Below are positions 40,774-53,241 of a DNA stretch of 64,000 nt, piece by piece. Position 1 is the stretch's first letter; the number at the start of each line of letters is the position of its first letter. The DNA comes from Bacteroidota bacterium (lineage in GTDB: Bacteria > Bacteroidota > Bacteroidia > AKYH767-A > OLB10). The notes beneath the pieces are model-generated. The model was not told where the DNA came from and searched no databases. It saw only the letters and a list, made by a program, of their open reading frames with translations. A program made the position numbers and the translations under genes. Where the stretch lies: the NCBI GenBank assembly GCA_016717325.1, contig JADKFV010000017.1, positions 1,533-65,532 of the forward strand, in the 5' to 3' direction.

Positions 40774-43700
40774 ATGAAAAAAAGTTTATCAAGTTGGTTT
40801 GTAAAGTGCACAATTGCTCTTTGCTTAATTTTATGTGGTTTGTCGTTTGCACAGTTATCTGCGCAAAACACAAATCCAAATAACTACTACACATTTGATC
40901 AGTCTAATCCTTTGCAGGATCAGATGAACAATGGCAATTTAGACCCATCCTATTATGGTGGCTCTTATCAAATAGGCACTACTGGAGGAGCAGTATCCAA
41001 GTACTTTAGTCTTGGTAAAACTACCAACTATATTTTGGCTTCACAGTTACCACTCACAACTGAATTTACTTACGAATTCGTTTTTCGTGCCGGAGCTGAG
41101 TTTCAGGGCTGTCAGCTTTTTAGCCGTTGGGACGGTGCAGTTTCTGCCCGTATAGGCTATCCTTACATTTCGTTTAATACAAAAACTGTTAGCGGAAATA
41201 CAACAACTGACGATCAGTTTATGATTGACCTTGATGGCATTGGTCAAAGCAATATGGATATTATGTTGACAATAAATGGCATCACCTGGTTTTCAAAGCC
41301 AACCTTGCAACCGGGGTAAAAGAAATATGGGTTGATGGCCAACTACCGGCTGGATTTTCGAAGACAGTTACAAAAACCGGAACTTTCCCACAGCCGAACA
41401 GCACAGGTACCATCATGTTTTTAAATTCTAATGCATCCTATTTAAAAATACTTGCCGATTTTGATGAAATGGCTTTTTACAACAAGGCTCTTTCTGGAAA
41501 TATGATTTACAAACATTATCAGGAATACAAAGCTGGAAGTCATTATACTTTCACACCGTCTACTGTAACTCCCCCAGCTCCATCGGCAGTTACAGCAAAT
41601 ATAGACCTTACCGAATATCCTGCCGGACATCCTAATGTTACCGTTTCTGCTCTCGACCAATTGAAGAATTACCCTGCTCCGCGATACAAGAAAAATCATA
41701 CACTTCTCCCAAATACTTCGTTGATTGATAACATATATCTTGGAGGCCGTTGGCAGCCTGGAGTTAGCGACCCGCAAGCAATTGCTAACAGCGTTGAAAT
41801 TCAAAGAGAACTTGCTACAAATTATAACAATACTGTTATTGTGGCCGGCAACACAGGTGCGTTCAACGATTTTGGCAATGTAAATACATTCAATGGTGCA
41901 TGGGTAAAATTAGCAAATGACAATCCGAATTTCAAGGCTGCAGCATTGAGTTTTTGGCCACATCTAAATCCTACAAATGCAGGTTTCAGCCAAGGCTCAG
42001 CATATGTAAACTGTGTATGCCTTGCCGATAATAACTATATGCGCAATGCCAATAACCAATACCTTGATTTATGGGGAAATGTAACTTCAACAAAATATTT
42101 GTCGCCTATAGCACCTGATTTAAATACTTTGAAAAATGATGGTTTAACACAGAAATTTTATTTGCAACAATTGACAAATAAAATGACCCGCCCTTTGAAT
42201 CATATTTTTGAAAATGGTGAGCAAGTTCCATACTACCTTCCACAATACCAAGGCCCATCAAAAGACCCTAATGTTACAGCAGCAAAAAATGCTTCCGGGC
42301 TGGATTGGTATACATTTTTGAGCAGAAAATATTCTGTGTTTGCAAAAAATTATCGCGACCAGTTTATGAATATTCCGGCTTTAGCTAACACTCGATTTAC
42401 TTATTATCAAATAGATGGCCATGATACATATCGTCAAAAATATAGCGAAGTGCGTACAGTAAGCACACAAATAAATGGCACCAATTACGCATCGGGCGAT
42501 TTATACGTTCGCTTCCCTTGGAACTGGCGTTACAATACAAGTGCATGGAACGGATTGCAATTCTTAATTGAATCTCGCAAAGAAGAATTAAAAAATGGCG
42601 ACAAATATTTTTCTCCTGCGGTTTCGGCCGGTTGGGATGAAAACGAAGAAAACAATCTTCGTCCCGGACAATGGCTTGGATTGCTGAAAGTTTTTGGAAT
42701 GATGGGTGCAGAATTTTATTATCCAGCTTATTTTGTATTGCAAGCACCATGGCCTAATCCCGCAAATTATGCTTGGCACAATGCAATGCCTTCTTATGCA
42801 CAATCAACCACATCGTTTTACGAAGATTTATTCCGCAATGGTGATTTGATGGATGGCGATATGTTATCGAACGTTGCTGACCCTCAAAGTGGTGCGGCTT
42901 ATATGTTTAATACCGGTGATTACCGCAAAATAGTTGTTGCACGTAAGCATAAAACTCTTAATAAATATGCAATTACAGGTACAATCCAAAACAACTCGAA
43001 TATGAAAGGCAATGCCGAATTGGATGGACCTGCTACATTTACTTTGGGAGGTAAGCAATTAACTGTCACCATTCGCAGACAAGGCAGCACATATATTTAT
43101 GACAACACAAATCAGTCGAATCCAGTATTTTATCAGTTAGATGGATATCAGGAAGCAAAGCATCCTTCGAACTGGAGTAAAGATATTGCTATTGAAGGCG
43201 AATTGTATGAGAACACAACAAGCACAGTATCAATAAAAACTGAGCGCCCTGTTGTAGCAACATCAGGTGATTTTACAAACTATACAAGTTATACTTCATT
43301 TAATTCTGCAAATGCTAAAACAGAGTATAACTTTACAACAAGAGGCACCGCTGCTCAAACTTATTATTTTTGGGTAAGAGCACGCAGTAATTCAGGCACA
43401 TCAACAGGCCTTGCGATAAAAGTAGATGGCACCACAAAAAACATGGATTGCATTGTTAAGAAGTCATGGGAGTGGTATCGTGTTGGCACAGCACTTTCAA
43501 ATATTTCGTTTACAAATTTAGCTGTTGGTGCTCACTTATTAACTTTAACAGCAAACAATACAAGCCTCGAAATCGACAGAGTATTACTTACTACAAGCAG
43601 TGCATCTATATACGGAGTTGGTGCTACAAATTGTAATCAAAGTGCTGTTGTAGCAAATATTTCTACAAGTGGTTCAACCGATATTTGTGATGGTTCTACT

Positions 43701-44675
43701 GTAACACTTACTGCAAGTACCGGAAGTTCTTACCTTTGGTCAACAGGGGCAATCACGCAGTCTATTACTGTTGGTCAGGCGGGTTCATATGCTGTTACCG
43801 TTTTTGATAATGGCGGTTCGGCTACTTCATCACCTGTTATTGTCACTACCAAAGCTTCGCCTAATGCTACCGTTACCACAAATGGTCCAACTACATTCTG
43901 CAAAGGGCTAAGTGTAAAACTTTATATAGACGATGAATCAACGGTTTGGTATCCTGGAGCCAAAGTTGGTAAATCTTACACTGTGACTGATCAAAATGGC
44001 TACTATGGTATTGTAACAGGCACCAATGGCTGTACAAAAAAATCGGTTACTACAAATGTGGTAGTAACAAATTGTAACGCAAATTGTGTTACGCCTTACA
44101 ATTTAGTGTTGGTAACAAAAACAAATAACTATGCCCGTATACGTTGGGACTTTTCTCTTACCTCTGCCAATTACAATATTGAAGTAAAAGACATGACTAC
44201 CAATGCGATAAACACTTTTTATATAGGACCTTACCACAATTTGAAATTGTATAATTTAATTGGAGGAAGAACTTACCAATATAGAGTGCAAAGCGTTTGC
44301 GGAAATACTACATCGGCTTACAGTGCAGTTGCATATTTCACAACAAATACGCAAAAAGGTGGTATTGATAATACCAACGATGATTTTGAATCAGTTGCAT
44401 TTGATTATGCAAATGCCGATGATATGTACAAATTAGTAGCGTATCCAAATCCTGCTCACGATATTATCAATTTTGCCTTTGTAAGCAACTCTGAAACTAA
44501 CCGCACATTAGAAATATTTGATACACAGGGAAAGGTAGTTTACTCAAAACAATATTTTGTAACAGAAGGGTTTAATACCATCAATTTTGATTGTAGTGTT
44601 TTAAAACAAGGAATGTATCTGGCTCGCATTTTCAATGATAGCGAATCTCACGCTGCGCGAATTACCATTAAGTAA
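40774..44675 (+). pseudogene. Large T9SS-secreted LamG/FN3/Ig-repeat protein, paralog of 45108..49601, frameshifted near 41240-41250
   Basis: ORFs 40711..41319 and 41415..44675 align along their whole length with the 45108 protein. Frame 3 reads YGYYVDNKWHHLVFKANLATGVKEIWVDGQLPAG, matching the paralog's YYTDGNWHHIVFKFNASQGKKEIWVDGLLANG. The shift lies between DGIGQS and KQYGYY. T9SS CTD at the C-terminus. Confidence 0.6.
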
Positions 44676-44698
44676 ATAGAATATTTTATCTTTTAAAA

Positions 44699-44737
44699 GA
44701 AAGACTGCTTATTAAAGAGCAGTCTTTTTTTTTGACT
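44699..44737 (+). terminator. Rho-independent terminator
   Basis: AAGACTGCT-TATTAAA-GAGCAGTCTT hairpin followed by T9. Confidence 0.7.
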
Positions 44738-45107
44738 AATTCCGGGTGGTGCTTTCCTTTCGATTCTTGTTTGGGTTGATATTCTTGCTTGAATTTAGAT
44801 AGCCATTACTATAAAATATGCTATAAGAACACGCATAAATTTCTACAAATTTTTAAAGCTGTACAATGTTCGAATTATTAATCAAAACATACGTACTAAT
44901 TTTATCAGATTCAACAAGACAACGCAACTACTTTGCAATTTCACGCTGGAGCATCAAAAATGAAAAAAACACAATATTGGGTGAACGTATTTATTATTGT
45001 GGTTAATATCCCACATTTGCATCTGTAAGATTTTTCTAATCAATAAAATGATTTTGATTTTAGTATAGTAAACTTTTTAACGGCTATACTTTTTTTTTAC
45101 TTTTTAT

Positions 45108-48100
45108 GTGCTAGGTTGCTTTTTAAACGTAATTTTTTTACTCTTTTTAATGACAAAATTTATACACACAAATGGTGTGCTTTTAAGATTATTGAGTTGC
45201 TGGTTTTTTGTTTCAGCAACAATTTCAATTTCAAAATCACAAAATATTGTAACGCCTTTAATGTATTGGACGTTTAATCAGCCCGACCGAACTGCCGATT
45301 CGATGCAATATGCCAAAATGGATTTTGCTTATTACAATTGCCAGTATGGAGTAATTGATGGTATAGGTGGCAAAGCTATTGACCTTAGTACTGCAAGTAA
45401 TGCCACTATAGGTGGTTCGCTGGTAGCTGACAGTAATATTGTAATTGAATTTCTTTTTAAACCCGGGCAAGCATTTAATCAATCACAATTTTTTGAAAGA
45501 TATGATGGTGCTATTTCAGTAGCAATGAGTTATCCTGAAATAAACTTTAATACAAAGCATACAAAATTTGCCGGGGGCACAGAAAATGATCAATTTAAAA
45601 TTTATCTTGATGGTGTTAGCCGAAAGGCATTCACTTACTATACCGATGGTAACTGGCATCATATTGTATTTAAATTTAATGCATCGCAAGGCAAAAAAGA
45701 AATTTGGGTAGATGGACTGCTTGCAAATGGATTCTCTAAAACAATCCCACCCGGTGTTGTGTCAAATTCAGGCAATAAGGACATTTACATGTCATCACTT
45801 ACATCCTATTATCGATACTACGGGGGCATAGATGAAATAGCAATATACAATAAAGATTTACCAAACAAGTTAATTTACAAGCATTATCTTCAATTTCAAC
45901 AAGGGCTACCTTATAGTTTTTTAAACGATTATACTCAAACAATTCCGACTGCACCTCCGGTAACAGGCAGTATAGATTTAGCAGAGTTTGCACCGGGCCA
46001 TCCAAATGTAACAGTTGATTTTTTAAACCAACTAAAATCATTTCCTGCGCCAAGATATAAACGTGGGCATACATTAAAAGAAAATTTCCAGTGGATGAAT
46101 CCTGAATATGTTGCAGGGCGTTTTCAAACTGGAATAGATTATGACTCGGCCGTTGCAAATAGTTTGATATTGCAGGATGAATTGGTTAAAAACTTCAATT
46201 ACAGTATTCTGGTTTCAGAAAATACAGGATTCCATACAGCTTATAACGATGTAAAATCTTTTCCGGGCGCATGGGTTAACTATGCCAACCAAAATCCGCA
46301 ATACAAAACCTCAGCCATTTGCTTTTGGCCTCAGGTAAACCCACAGGCGGGGGGATTTTCAAGTACTTCGCCATATGCTAATTGCCAAACCAATCCAAAT
46401 AATTATTATTTAAAAAATTCTGCGGGTCAATTTTTAAATAATGTGGGTAATGTATCTACCGTAAAATATTGGAGCCCGGTAGCACCGCGCGACTCGGTAA
46501 AGAATGATGGCAAGACACAAAAGTTTCTGATCGAGAAATTATTGACTAGCCTTACACGTCCACTGAATAACTTAAATGAAAATGGTGAGCTTTTGCCCTA
46601 CTACACCGAAAGCGTTATGACTAAAGACCCTGCTGTTGTGAATGATTACAATAACAGTGGATACACAGACCATTTTTCATACTTCGGCAATCGGGCATAT
46701 CAATTTACGAATGCGTACAAATCGGAATTCAATTCGGTGCTTCAACAAGAAGGTACATACTTTAGCCACTATGCAGTTGATGGATATAATAACTACCGTG
46801 CGAAGTATGCTGATATGCGCAATATTCAAACTACTCAAAACGGGCAAAAATATCCAACACCAGATTTTTATCCACGCTATCCAAGCTATTGGAAAGAAGT
46901 ACCCGGTGCATGGCATGGTTTGCAATGGATATTGGATTGCAGAATAAATGAACTTGCCTTTGGCGATAATTTGTATTCACCATTTGTTGCTGCCGGTTGG
47001 GATGTAAATGAGGAAATAAATATTCGCCCTGCACAATGGCTTGGGCTTTTGAAAATACTTGGTGCAACCGGTGCCGAATATTTCTATACTGGATTTTTTA
47101 ATGAGCAGGGCAGCTATAATTATCCGAACCCTCCACCGGCACATCCTAAAAATTATATATGGCAGGAAGTAATGCCCCCTTTGGCACAAGGTATAACAAG
47201 CCGCTATGAAGACTTTTTGCGTAATGGCGATTTAATGGTTGGCGATGAACCAAACAAGAGCACAAATAATTTACCCGGTTACAGATTTAAGACCGGTGAT
47301 CAGAGTAAAATAGTTTCGGGGCGGAAACTTAAAAACGCAAACAAATATGTTTTTGCCGGTGCCATTGAACAACTGGACAACAACAAAGGGAGTGCCCCTG
47401 ACGAAAGTCCTGTGACAATTACCCTCAACAATCAGCCTTTGAAGTTTATAGTTCGCAGGCAAGGCAGTGTTTATTTTTATGACAATACGAATGTAGCGAG
47501 CCCCATTTTTTATCAATTAGATAAGTGGCACGAGAACACACATCCTTATAACTGGAGTAAAGATTTTAACATTGAAGCAGAGTTGTACGACAATGTGAGT
47601 GCCAATGCACAAATAAAAACTACATTGCCTGTAGGTGCTGCTGTTGGCGACTTTACAAATTATAGTACCACAGTACAATACTCAAACGGAAGTACACCAA
47701 CTGCTTTAGAATATGATATTAATGTACGCGAAACGCAGGCCACATATTATGTATGGGTGCGAATGCGCAGCCGCACAGGTATAAACACTGGTGCTACAAT
47801 TTGGCTCGATAATGCCAACTCTAAAAATATAAGCTGCATTACCTCTACCGATTTTCATTGGTATAGAATCGATTCTACTACTAAAGCACCAATTTCGATG
47901 GCGAATGTAGTGCGTGGTAATCATACCATAAAAATAATGCCTTATAACAATGCCTTCGAAATAGATAATATTGTTTTACTAAAAAGCAGCACCACGGTCC
48001 TCGATAATTTTACAACAACATGCAGCGGTGTTGTTACTCCGGCAAGCATTACTCCTTCGGGGCCTACCACATTTTGTACTGGAAACAATGTCGTACTAAC

Positions 48101-49601
48101 TGCCAACAGCGGCATGGCATATTTATGGTCGAATGGGCAAAACACACAATCGATTACAGTTACAGTTGCAGGAACGTATACAGTTACAGTTACCGATTTT
48201 AATGGGCTACAAAGTAATGCATCGCAAAGTGTAATTGTAAATCCACGCCCTGCAACGCCTGTAACCAACAGCGATTATATTATTGGAACCGGATACAACC
48301 TTAAAGCAGAACAACCAAATGCAACTTCATTTTTATGGTCAACAGGCAATACAACAAACTTAATAGCTGTAAATAGTACAGGCATTTATACAGTGGCCGC
48401 AAGCGATGGTAAATGTTTGTCGCTACCTGCCACTATTAATGTTGCAAGCTTAAGCCCTAAATCATGTGTTGCACCCGACATGCTTACAGCTCACGACATT
48501 ACAACAAATTCAGCCATTGTAAGCTGGAACGGTGCAATAGCTGCCGATTCATTTGTTGTGTTGTATTATGCTGATTTTACCAATCAATTATTTTATAAAA
48601 CCGTCAGTGGTATTTCGAATGAGTTGCGAATCAACAATCTTACTGCGACTAAAGGGTATAAGGTAACCGTTATTGCTAAATGTGGCGCATCGAGTTATTA
48701 TTCTGCACGAATTAGTTTTACCACCCTAAGTACCAGCTTGCCTTGCGTGGCAATTCCGCATGATTTAACAGTAAGTAATTTAACTTATAATTCTGTAAAT
48801 CTTTCGTGGTTCAGTACCGTGGCCGATTCATTTGAAGTACGCTACAAAACCAGTTTAAGTACAAATTATGTTATTAAAAAAGTGGCAGGTGGGCTAAACA
48901 GCAGCCTAATTATATCGCCATTGTTAAGCAACAAAGATTATGTGTGGAGTGTGCGATCTTTTTGCAATGGTGTGGCCAGCATGTACTCGTTCGATAAGTT
49001 TTTTAAAACACCATCGGCAAGTGGCTTGTGCGATTCTCCCATAGGAGTTTTTGTTAACGCAGTTACAGGAAGCACTGCCGAATTGATGTGGGACAACAGT
49101 AGTAATCCTGACTCGGTTGTTATTAAATACCGCATACCGGCAGTTACTCCTTATAAATATATTAAACTAAGTGGCAATCCAAATCCGGGCGATGCCTGGA
49201 TAGAAAATCTATCGCTTAACACCACTTACAAAGTTGAAGTTAAATATGTGTGCTCGGGTATTTCGTCCGACTACACTACGCCACTTTATTTTACTACTGC
49301 CAATTCAAACGGCCGTATGTTGAACGAAGAGCAATCGTCATCAGGAATTCTTTCACCTATCAATATTTATCCAAACCCTGCTAACAGCATAGTGCATTAC
49401 GATATCAACAGCAATGCTGAATCAAATGTTCAAGTGCGCATTTCTGACGCTTTGGGTCATCGCATGTTCAGCCATGAACACACATGTACTCAAGGTATAA
49501 ATTCATTCGAAGTCTTTATTGAGGGATGGCCTTCAGGAATTTATGTGTTCGAAATGATTAATGCAGGAGTTGTGTATAAATACAAACTAAATGTGTATTG
49601 A
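45108..49601 (+). CDS. Large T9SS-secreted protein: LamG-like N-domain, unknown central domain, Ig-like/SprB-like and FN3 repeats, type-A CTD
   Basis: 1497 aa. LamG-like block (WHHIVFKF..GGIDEIAIYNKDL). Repeats of the form TFCTGNNVVLTANSGMAYLWSNGQNTQSITV. FN3-like modules (PDMLTAHDITTNSAIVSWNG). CTD end ..GIYVFEMINAGVVYKYKLNVY. The start may be Met15 (MTKFIHT..). Confidence 0.75.
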   Translation: MLGCFLNVIFLLFLMTKFIHTNGVLLRLLSCWFFVSATISISKSQNIVTPLMYWTFNQPDRTADSMQYAKMDFAYYNCQYGVIDGIGGKAIDLSTASNATIGGSLVADSNIVIEFLFKPGQAFNQSQFFERYDGAISVAMSYPEINFNTKHTKFAGGTENDQFKIYLDGVSRKAFTYYTDGNWHHIVFKFNASQGKKEIWVDGLLANGFSKTIPPGVVSNSGNKDIYMSSLTSYYRYYGGIDEIAIYNKDLPNKLIYKHYLQFQQGLPYSFLNDYTQTIPTAPPVTGSIDLAEFAPGHPNVTVDFLNQLKSFPAPRYKRGHTLKENFQWMNPEYVAGRFQTGIDYDSAVANSLILQDELVKNFNYSILVSENTGFHTAYNDVKSFPGAWVNYANQNPQYKTSAICFWPQVNPQAGGFSSTSPYANCQTNPNNYYLKNSAGQFLNNVGNVSTVKYWSPVAPRDSVKNDGKTQKFLIEKLLTSLTRPLNNLNENGELLPYYTESVMTKDPAVVNDYNNSGYTDHFSYFGNRAYQFTNAYKSEFNSVLQQEGTYFSHYAVDGYNNYRAKYADMRNIQTTQNGQKYPTPDFYPRYPSYWKEVPGAWHGLQWILDCRINELAFGDNLYSPFVAAGWDVNEEINIRPAQWLGLLKILGATGAEYFYTGFFNEQGSYNYPNPPPAHPKNYIWQEVMPPLAQGITSRYEDFLRNGDLMVGDEPNKSTNNLPGYRFKTGDQSKIVSGRKLKNANKYVFAGAIEQLDNNKGSAPDESPVTITLNNQPLKFIVRRQGSVYFYDNTNVASPIFYQLDKWHENTHPYNWSKDFNIEAELYDNVSANAQIKTTLPVGAAVGDFTNYSTTVQYSNGSTPTALEYDINVRETQATYYVWVRMRSRTGINTGATIWLDNANSKNISCITSTDFHWYRIDSTTKAPISMANVVRGNHTIKIMPYNNAFEIDNIVLLKSSTTVLDNFTTTCSGVVTPASITPSGPTTFCTGNNVVLTANSGMAYLWSNGQNTQSITVTVAGTYTVTVTDFNGLQSNASQSVIVNPRPATPVTNSDYIIGTGYNLKAEQPNATSFLWSTGNTTNLIAVNSTGIYTVAASDGKCLSLPATINVASLSPKSCVAPDMLTAHDITTNSAIVSWNGAIAADSFVVLYYADFTNQLFYKTVSGISNELRINNLTATKGYKVTVIAKCGASSYYSARISFTTLSTSLPCVAIPHDLTVSNLTYNSVNLSWFSTVADSFEVRYKTSLSTNYVIKKVAGGLNSSLIISPLLSNKDYVWSVRSFCNGVASMYSFDKFFKTPSASGLCDSPIGVFVNAVTGSTAELMWDNSSNPDSVVIKYRIPAVTPYKYIKLSGNPNPGDAWIENLSLNTTYKVEVKYVCSGISSDYTTPLYFTTANSNGRMLNEEQSSSGILSPINIYPNPANSIVHYDINSNAESNVQVRISDALGHRMFSHEHTCTQGINSFEVFIEGWPSGIYVFEMINAGVVYKYKLNVY

Positions 49602-49645
49602 GGTAATATAAAATTTTTTAGATAGGTTAGAATAGCTTTTCGACA

Positions 49646-49682
49646 GCACCCCCGACTTTTCTTCGGGGGCCTTTTTTTTTCT
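49646..49682 (+). terminator. Rho-independent terminator, CCCCC..GGGGG type
   Basis: GCACCCCCGACTTTTCTTCGGGGGCC followed by T10. Confidence 0.75.
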
Positions 49683-49689
49683 TATAGTC

Positions 49690-50914
49690 TTACCTAAAAT
49701 CCTCGTACAGTAAATATTTCTTCCTTATACTTTTATACTGATTGAGTGGTTCTTGCCAACTCTTCTTTATGCTTTCTATACTATCATTATTTATAATTGC
49801 CAGTCGCAATTTATCGGTGCCCGCAAGTGTATCGAAAAAGCCTGTAAAGAATTTTATTTTATTTGGATGCAATTCATAAAACATTTTCAACCACTTCAAT
49901 TCTATTTCTTTTTTTGTTTTAATAGATTGAGCTTCAGCTTTCAAATTCAAACCATAACAAAGTGTATCGTTAAATGGTGGATTGTAATTTTTAATTCCTG
50001 TATGTGGTGTAAACGAAAAATCGTGTTTCGGATTTTCGGGAAAGCCAATTACAGTAAATGGCATTTGTAGTACCACGCCCCAAACTCACATTCGTTCCTT
50101 CGAACAAACAAACCGATGGATAAAGTAAAATAGATTCATCGCTATTTAAGTTTGGCGATGGCGGCACTTTTGGAAACCAATGTGTACTGTGCGTATAGTT
50201 TTTACATTTTACAATTTTTAAATCGAGCGGTTTTTTTGTGTCCAGCCATTTTTCGCCAACAAGCATTGTAGCATATTCGCCAATGGTAAGGCCATACACA
50301 ATGGGAATGCTTTGCATGCCAACAAATGATGCAAATGGTTTTTCCAATATGGGTCCATCAACATAAAAGCCATTTGGATTGGGCCTGTCGAGCACAATAA
50401 GTTTTTTACCATTATCGGCACATGCTTCCATTACATACTGCAACGTTGATATGTAAGTGTAAAAACGCACACCTACATCTTGTATATCGAACACTACAAT
50501 ATCTATATCTTTCAAATCATCAGCAGTAGGTTTCAAATGTTTGCCATACAACGATACTATTGGAATTCCGGTGATATCATCCTGATCGCTATGAACTTTT
50601 TCGCCTGCTTGTGCAAGCCCGCGGAATCCATGTTCGGGGGCAAATATTTTTTTTATACGAATGTTGTACGATAAAAGTGTATCAACCAAATGTGTAGTAT
50701 TGATAAGAGAAGTATGATTGCCCACCACTGCCACATTTTTTGTGCGCAAGTCATTCAGGTAAGCCTGCATATCGTAACTACCCGGCTGTACAGGCATGTT
50801 AAAAGTAACAACAGCCAATCCCACATTATCTTTCGTACTTGCATTTTGCGATTTGCAAGAACCGTGAAATAAAAGAATGCAACCAAAAATTACTATCGAT
50901 TTCAATTTTCTCAT
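49690..50914 (-). pseudogene. DUF1343 (NamZ-like exo-beta-N-acetylmuramidase) family protein, frameshifted near 50065
   Basis: 49991..50914 carries the family N-terminal and central parts and ends ..LFEGTNVSLGRGTT. The expected continuation MPFTVIGFPE.. is in ORF 49690..50076, in another frame. A single-base indel at ACAAATG explains the split. Confidence 0.6.
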
Positions 50915-51130
50915 TGTGTAAAAATATGCTTTCGATGATTGTACTTTTCAATACTGCATCGAATCTTTTTAACGCACTTATCAATACATTTATTAAATTC
51001 TTAAAATAGGACCATCATCTCAATAACATACAAAATAGCGGCCGAAAACAATTTCAAAAATAACCACTCTATAAATTCATTTTTTTCTGTGTAATATTGT
51101 GCTGCGTAAAATGCAAACACAAAAACTGTT

Positions 51131-51730
51131 TTGATAAATACTGCTGACGATATCTCCTTAATAAAACAATATGCTGCCTCAGGTAACAAAGACTTGATTG
51201 GCGAATTGTTTCAGCGACACCGTATGTTTGCTTTTGCCGTTGCCCGCAAGTATATGGATGACGATGATGATGCCAAAGATGCTGCTATGACTGTTTTTTC
51301 CGGCTTATTCGACTCACTCAAAAATTTTGTACCAAATGATTTTAAGCCCTGGCTGCACCATGTAATTAAGAATCATTGCCTTATGAAATACAGGGCTGCA
51401 TCGGCACAAATGCGGAGCGATGATGCCATTAAGATTAATTTTTATGCCGATGTGGAAACAGGACAAAGCATGCATCTTGATACTGATAAAGAACATGTAC
51501 TTAACGCAATGGAAGAAGCGGTAATGCAACTAAACGATGAACAGCAAATATGCGTGAGGATGTTTTATCTCGAAAATAGATCGTACGATGATATTCAAAA
51601 AGAAACAGGTTACGATTTCAAAAAAGTGAAAAGTTGCATTCAAAACGGAAAAAGGAATTTAAAAATAATGCTTACCGATAAATTTAAAGACATTACTCTT
51701 GTTTTATTAATGCTATCATTACTGAACTAA
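51131..51730 (+). CDS. ECF-type sigma-70 family RNA polymerase sigma factor
   Basis: 199 aa. Region-2-like LIGELFQRHRMFAFAVARKY and region-4 HTH (ICVRMFYLENRSYDDIQKETGY). Confidence 0.85.
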   Translation: MINTADDISLIKQYAASGNKDLIGELFQRHRMFAFAVARKYMDDDDDAKDAAMTVFSGLFDSLKNFVPNDFKPWLHHVIKNHCLMKYRAASAQMRSDDAIKINFYADVETGQSMHLDTDKEHVLNAMEEAVMQLNDEQQICVRMFYLENRSYDDIQKETGYDFKKVKSCIQNGKRNLKIMLTDKFKDITLVLLMLSLLN

Positions 51731-52976
51731 TGAACAACGCAAATAAAAATAACATATTCGCAGCTACGGCTCATCCGCCTACCGAAGAGTTGGTGAAATA
51801 TGTGAACAAACAACTTGAAGCTGATGCAACACGCTCAGTTGAAAATCACATTGCCGATTGCGAGCCATGTAGCGATGCAGTGGATGGATTGTTACTTTCG
51901 AAACAAAACATTGCAGATATAGATAAGAACCTTGAGCAACGTATACAAGCACAGTTAATCAATACCAAAAAAGTAATTCCATTATATAAGCGATGGTACA
52001 TGGCCACGGCAGCTATGCTGGCATTGGTTTTTGTTTCGGGTTATCTGATATTAAATTATGTGGGTAAAAATAATTCTGTGGCCGATGTAATTAAGAAACT
52101 GCAACAACTCCAGCCAATGAAACAGCAGTTGAGCAAACAGAAACGGTTGAAGACAAAAAAGCAATAGCAAATAAAGCAGTAACCATTGAAACTCTAAAAG
52201 ATGACGTCCCTGCCGACATGCCTGTGCCTGAAAGTTCAAAAGAAAAGGCGTTGGCGAATGTAAATACTGACGAAAAATTTAAGCAACCTACCATAGAAAA
52301 AAGAGAAGATTTAGCGAGTGGTAAACAATCGGAACAAACTGTGGTTACCAACGAAAGTAGACGTGACGTAGAGGAGCAACCGGCTGTGGCAGAAAAGACA
52401 GCAGTGTATACGCAAACTAAAGATGTGCAGGCAACAACAGAAATGGATGATGAAAAAGTGCCTGCTGAAAATGCCAAAAACGTTGAAGCACTGAGTAAAA
52501 AAAGTAACAAACCTGCTGCTGCCACTACAAGTGGTGGTGCAGTAAACAACCTCGACAACGTTGTTGTTTTAGAAACAAAGGCAAAAAGAAAAAAGGTAAG
52601 GCTGGAAAGCAATGATGCAACTTTCGATTATAGTGCTTTTGAACAAGCCCGCACTTTATATAACAATAAAGAATACGCAAAAGCACTACCCATGTTCGAA
52701 GCATTGATGGTGCATAATACCGACAACAAATTTTCTTTTTACTATGCTGGTATGTGCGCCTATTATCAAAACAATCACAAATTGGCCGATACCTATCTAT
52801 CACAATCATCGGGCGATAAGCGTTTCGAAATGTATGAGTTGTCCATGTGGTATCAGGCATTATCGCTTATTCAACTCAACAAACCTGCCGAAGCAAAAAA
52901 ATTACTTGTAAAAGTTGTTAACCTTAAGAAAAGCAAAAAAGACGAAGCTGCCAATTTGCTCAAAGAATTGAAATAG
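51730..52976 (+). pseudogene. Anti-sigma factor (zinc-finger N-terminus, one TM helix, acidic linker, C-terminal TPR-like domain), split by a frameshift within 52095-52165
   Basis: Start overlaps the sigma stop (TAATG). HIADCEPCSD zinc motif and a TM helix. The frame of ORF 52218..52976 is open back to 52095 (ETATTPANETAVEQTETVEDKK..) and overlaps the first ORF across an A6 run. Confidence 0.55.
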
Positions 52977-53241
52977 TACCACTTCCAAAATTCTGTAAAT
53001 CTTTTCTCGATTTTCACTTTGAGCAACATTTTATGTTTCGCAAAAAAACCACGTTATACCAAAACAACTAAGGTTTTGCAAAAACAAGCTATTGAAGTTG
53101 TTCGGCATTACCAAGCGTTCGATATATTTTGGTTCGAAAATCTAACTTCTCTTAGTATATTTGACGGCATGAAAAGTATTTCAATCTGGTAACCAAAAAA
53201 TTGTTTTGGAAACTTTTTCTCACAAAATCTAAAATAGTTGT

